Part shown: one piece after another, positions 60,106 to 64,000 of the stretch | Numbering within the stretch: position 1 is the stretch's first letter | Layout: each line of letters starts with the position of its first letter | Origin: the human T2T-CHM13v2.0 reference genome, Homo sapiens | Assembly: GCF_009914755.1 (NCBI RefSeq) | Contig: NC_060928.1 | Length of the DNA: 64,000 nucleotides | Reading direction: 5' to 3' (one strand) | The notes under the pieces: generated by a model | What the model was told of the DNA's origin: nothing | The model's database searches: none | The model's input: only the letters and a program-made list of their open reading frames with translations | Made by a program: the position numbers and the translations under genes

Positions 60106-62869
60106 AAGAGATAACAGACTCCAGAAGTAATTACAGCTGAATCCTATAGCCCACTTCTAAGAGTAGTAGCATTTTAGGAAGCCCTAGTATTTCAGCTTCA
60201 GAGATGGCTAAGTATAATTGTGTGAAGTCTGAAAAGGACTTAAACTCTGTCGCTCCATTAATGATCAAGACAGGAAGAGTCTTTAAGAAGAGAAAAAAAT
60301 TGACGGAGGGGAGGATGGCAGAAGGAAAATCATGTTTAAGAACTAATAGAAGATTTATGATAGTAATTTTTAAATCTTAGACGTGAATTATTCTAAACCA
60401 TGATAAAAGAATTTACTACAAATGGCAGTTGCAGAATGGCTTGAACTGCTATATGATATCTTATTGAATCTCCACACTGCAAAGTTGGTGGAAGTTAAGC
60501 TGTTTGTAACTTACTTTGGAGGAAAGAGAAATAAATGTGTATGTAAACGCTAATCAGGCCGATGATCTGTCTTTTGGTGCAATTTGATAGCTACACCTGG
60601 GATGGGGCCAAACTCTCTCCGGGGAAAGACTTCCTTTTAGAACACCAGCAATCCCCAGATCCATAATGGTGAATTACACGGGTCTGAGAATAAGAGGAAA
60701 AGTCACCATGACTAGAATGAAAGGATAATGCAAGGGTACTTGGGCTTCTCATGGCTGCATGGTATATGATTCTCTGGGTTTTATACTGCTCCTTCCTTAG
60801 CCCTCAGAACTCTTAATCCTATTTTCATTGCCCTAGGTAAACTGGGAAATATTTTCTCCTCCTTGACTGCAGTTACTCACACAAAAAACAGGTAATAAAC
60901 ATTTTACTGCCCTAAGCAACCTCCTGCTAGGCAGGCAGTCAGAAGAGAAAAGGCTGTGCAAAATAACCCCCTACAGGATAAACTGTGGGGTACAAAGGAT
61001 GAGAGTAACCCTTTAATAGAGCGCACCCTCTGTGGGTTCCAGGAGAGTGACTGGGAGCTGCTGGGACACATTAGCTGGCCCTTGCGGTCTAGATTCCTCT
61101 CTGCTTGAGGCTAGTAGGGAAGATTTGATTTCACCAAAAGGTAATTTAGTTGCCATTTCAAAGCTCTGTCTAGCTAAATTAAGGATGAGGAACGAAACTG
61201 GAGTTTACAATCTCCCAGGTTAAACCATGAGCTGTGGGCCCGGAAAGGAAAATAGGGGGCAGTTTGCAGCAGAGAGGAGTGGTTCGGGGGGCAGAATGAT
61301 TCCGTTTGATTTCAGGTTTGCATTTTATTTTCCAAGGCATCCTTGTTTCATTGTTGTTGTTTCTATCTTTCCGGTATATCACGTCAAACTGTTGCTATCA
61401 TCTGCTGACAGGGTGAAAAGCACGGTGGACATCCTTTGCCATCCTATTTTTCTTTCTGCTACACTCAGGGTTCCCTCAAAAGCCTTTTACCTTCAGCTTA
61501 GTTTAAAGCATTTTATGGTTCCGACTGCTTAGGAAATATTTCTAAGGTACAACTTGCAACTGTTAGGCTACTCTGCACCTTCCCCCAACTCAGGGAAATA
61601 GGGCAAAGCCAAATAATAATAAGATAAGCTCTGCTTCTACGGCTGCCATTTAACTTATTTATGGGAAATAAAAATCTTACATAAATATTTCCCACCAAAT
61701 AGCATGCCAAATCAGAATGTATTAACCCAAGGCAAATGATAAATGCATCTGCACAGACAATCTTCCAATGCATGTAGGCTGAAAAAATGATTATTTTGTA
61801 AATCAACAGTTCTTTGATGTCAATTGCTGTTAATTTATGGTATTTTGCTCTAATTTTATTTTGGGATATTTATTTTTGTTGTATTTTGTTGCAGAGGTGT
61901 TGTGATGGTCTAGGAAGAGCCGTAACATGCTGATATGTCTAAATTAGAGAGAAATTTGAGATCTGATTATGTCTGAAATGGCTCCTGTCGTGATACAGTG
62001 CCCTGGAAACCTCCTACATTCCCTTTCTGCTTTCTCTGGAACCCTTCTTGGGAGGGTTAAGGAAGTGACTCTGCAGATTAGGTGATAAGTGATTAGAAAG
62101 CACTCCGAAGACCACACTGATAGATAAGTGAAAAATAACAAAGCTCCCGGCAGCTTTAGGGAAAAGTGCAGAGCTGCAGCCACTGGCCATTTTATCAGAG
62201 GCTCTTAGGTAGACTGAGGCTTTCCCTGAACAGTGTTTGGATGATCCCCACAAAAACAGGATGGAAACACACTCAAAGCAGATACGCGCAAAATGGTGCA
62301 TTTAAACCCCAAAACAAAAGGCACCAAAACTGGATGGCAAAGCCTGGGCATAGACAGAAGCCAGGGGCAGAGGTCACAGGGCCAAGGATCAGCCAGATAT
62401 GGCTTCCATGGGAAAAGGACATGATCCTGGGATGGCTTAGAAAAAGAGTGACATGTAAAGGCCAGGAAGCACTCTTTGTTTTACTGGCGTGACACTGTTA
62501 TTTGACTTCTGTGTCCTACTTTGGCTCCAGCATCTACAAAATGGCATGTAAAAAACTTATAGGGGCACAGAGGGCAGCAATAGCCATAATTAAAGGGATG
62601 GAAGAAAGGTTCTCCAAAGCAAGATGAAAGGAATTGCATTGTTTATCCTGGAGGAAAAAAGGTTAAGGGGTGACAGTGACTGTATTCAAATATAGGAAGG
62701 GTTTTGGAGGGACACTCATCCACTCCTCTGCAGGGTTTGGGGGAGGAAGAACTGACAAAAAGCAACAGGTTTAAATGAAATGCTGATGTGGTACAGGGCC
62801 CTGGAAAAGCTGACGGTTCTTCAGACAGAAGGAAGAACTTATGGAAAGGCAGGGTAACCCAAAATATAG

Positions 62870-63815
62870 GCTGACTAACATGGATCTTAGACTTAATATG
62901 TCCAAAATAGAATTTCCGGTTCTTTGCTCCCCACTCCTGAAAACAATACCAACATCTACTGTGTTGGCCAAGTAAACATTTCAAGAAATCATTCACATTT
63001 CCTTCCCTCCTCTACCTGCTCCAAATCCAGTCCTTCAGCAGACCTTGCCACAAGAAGATCTGAATTTGATCAGTCTTCAGTCTCCACTGCCACTTCCCCA
63101 GTCCAAGCCATCATCATCACTTGCTTGGACCCAGCCAGGAGGAACCTTATATTCTCCTTCAATCCATTCTCCAGACACCTGCTTTAAAACATTTATATTT
63201 ATTTATCTGACACATGGTTTCTCTCTGTCGCCCAGGCTGGAGTGCAGCAGCATCATCATGGCTCACAGAAGCCCTGACTCCCTGGGTTCAAGCAATCCTC
63301 TTGCCTCAGCCACCCAAGTAACTGGGACTCCAGGCATGCACCATGGTGCCCAGCCCGGGTGCTTTTTAGAGCATAAATCAGACGATGTTACTTGCCTGCT
63401 TAACACTATTCAAAGACTTCCCATAATGCTTAAAACTCGCACTTTTGACCATGGTCTTCCAGGCTGTGCATCAGCTGGCTCCTGCCCTCTGCTGAACCCT
63501 TATCTTACCCACCCTTCTCTCCCTGCTGCTCTCTTGAGCCACATTGACCTTCTTGCTGTTCCTGAAAAGCCAGCTTTGCTCTCTTTGTGCCAGCTGCTCC
63601 CTTGGCTGGAACACTCTTGACCTAGCTCTTCCCTTGGCTGGCTCCTTTTGTCATTCTGTCTCAGCTCAAGTGTCACCTCCATGGGCCTTCTCTGGCTACT
63701 AGAAAGTGCACACTCTGAGAGTGAGAACTTTATCCACCTTGTTCATGACGGTATTCTCAAGCCTTGGACAGGCAACTGACACGCTGGGGTGATGCAATGA
63801 ATATTGGTTGAATGA
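62870..63815 (+). mobile_element. L2 3' region interrupted by an Alu right-arm/FRAM fragment (63195-63360, minus)
   Basis: ctccactgccac...gtccaagccatcatc...tcagctcaagtgtcacctcc...aatattggttgaatgaa; Alu segment ctgtcgcccaggctggagtgcag. Confidence 0.75.
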
Positions 63816-64000
63816 AAAAATAAAATGATGAATAAAAGAATACCGTGATAAAAGTAGGTTGTTACTTGCTATCCCAAGAGAGCTGGAGATGAGAAAAAGA
63901 AAGTGTTGTGCATGGTTTATACCACCATGGACTAGATGATATTTTGGACTTAGAGATTCACAGGGCTGTGCACTTTTGAAGTGAAGTGAGGGCCTTGCCT

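Noticed and set aside
63045-63620. 191-aa ORF
   Set aside because: Composed of L2 and Alu fragment sequence; no coding evidence.

Overview
Primate (most likely human) genomic DNA, rich in Alu, L1, L2 and MIR repeats. It holds the 3' part of MAML3 (Mastermind-like 3, a Notch co-activator) on the minus strand. This comprises three coding exons (16045-16293, 11382-11466, 4955-5955; by recall exons 3-5 of 5), a ~2.6-2.9 kb 3' UTR with tandem AATAAA signals, and ~48 kb of the large upstream intron. The left edge has a MER41-type LTR with ERV internal sequence, and an intragenic CpG island lies at ~20.4-21.65 kb. The most unusual structure is a non-Alu 352-bp, ~94%-identical, gap-free inverted duplication (6157-6508 / 8586-8937) in the last MAML3 intron, ending ~200 nt upstream of the final splice acceptor. 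Also notable are an Alu inserted at the apex of a ~62-bp palindrome, a tiny L1 insertion carrying an apparent 3' transduction, tandem (NAGNAG) acceptors next to a CAG/polyQ tract, and a probable antisense terminal exon of the neighbouring gene (recalled as MGST2). I see no evidence of a wholly new protein-coding system; most listed ORFs are repeat-derived or chance. Gene and repeat names come from recall, not database searches, and repeat boundaries are approximate.
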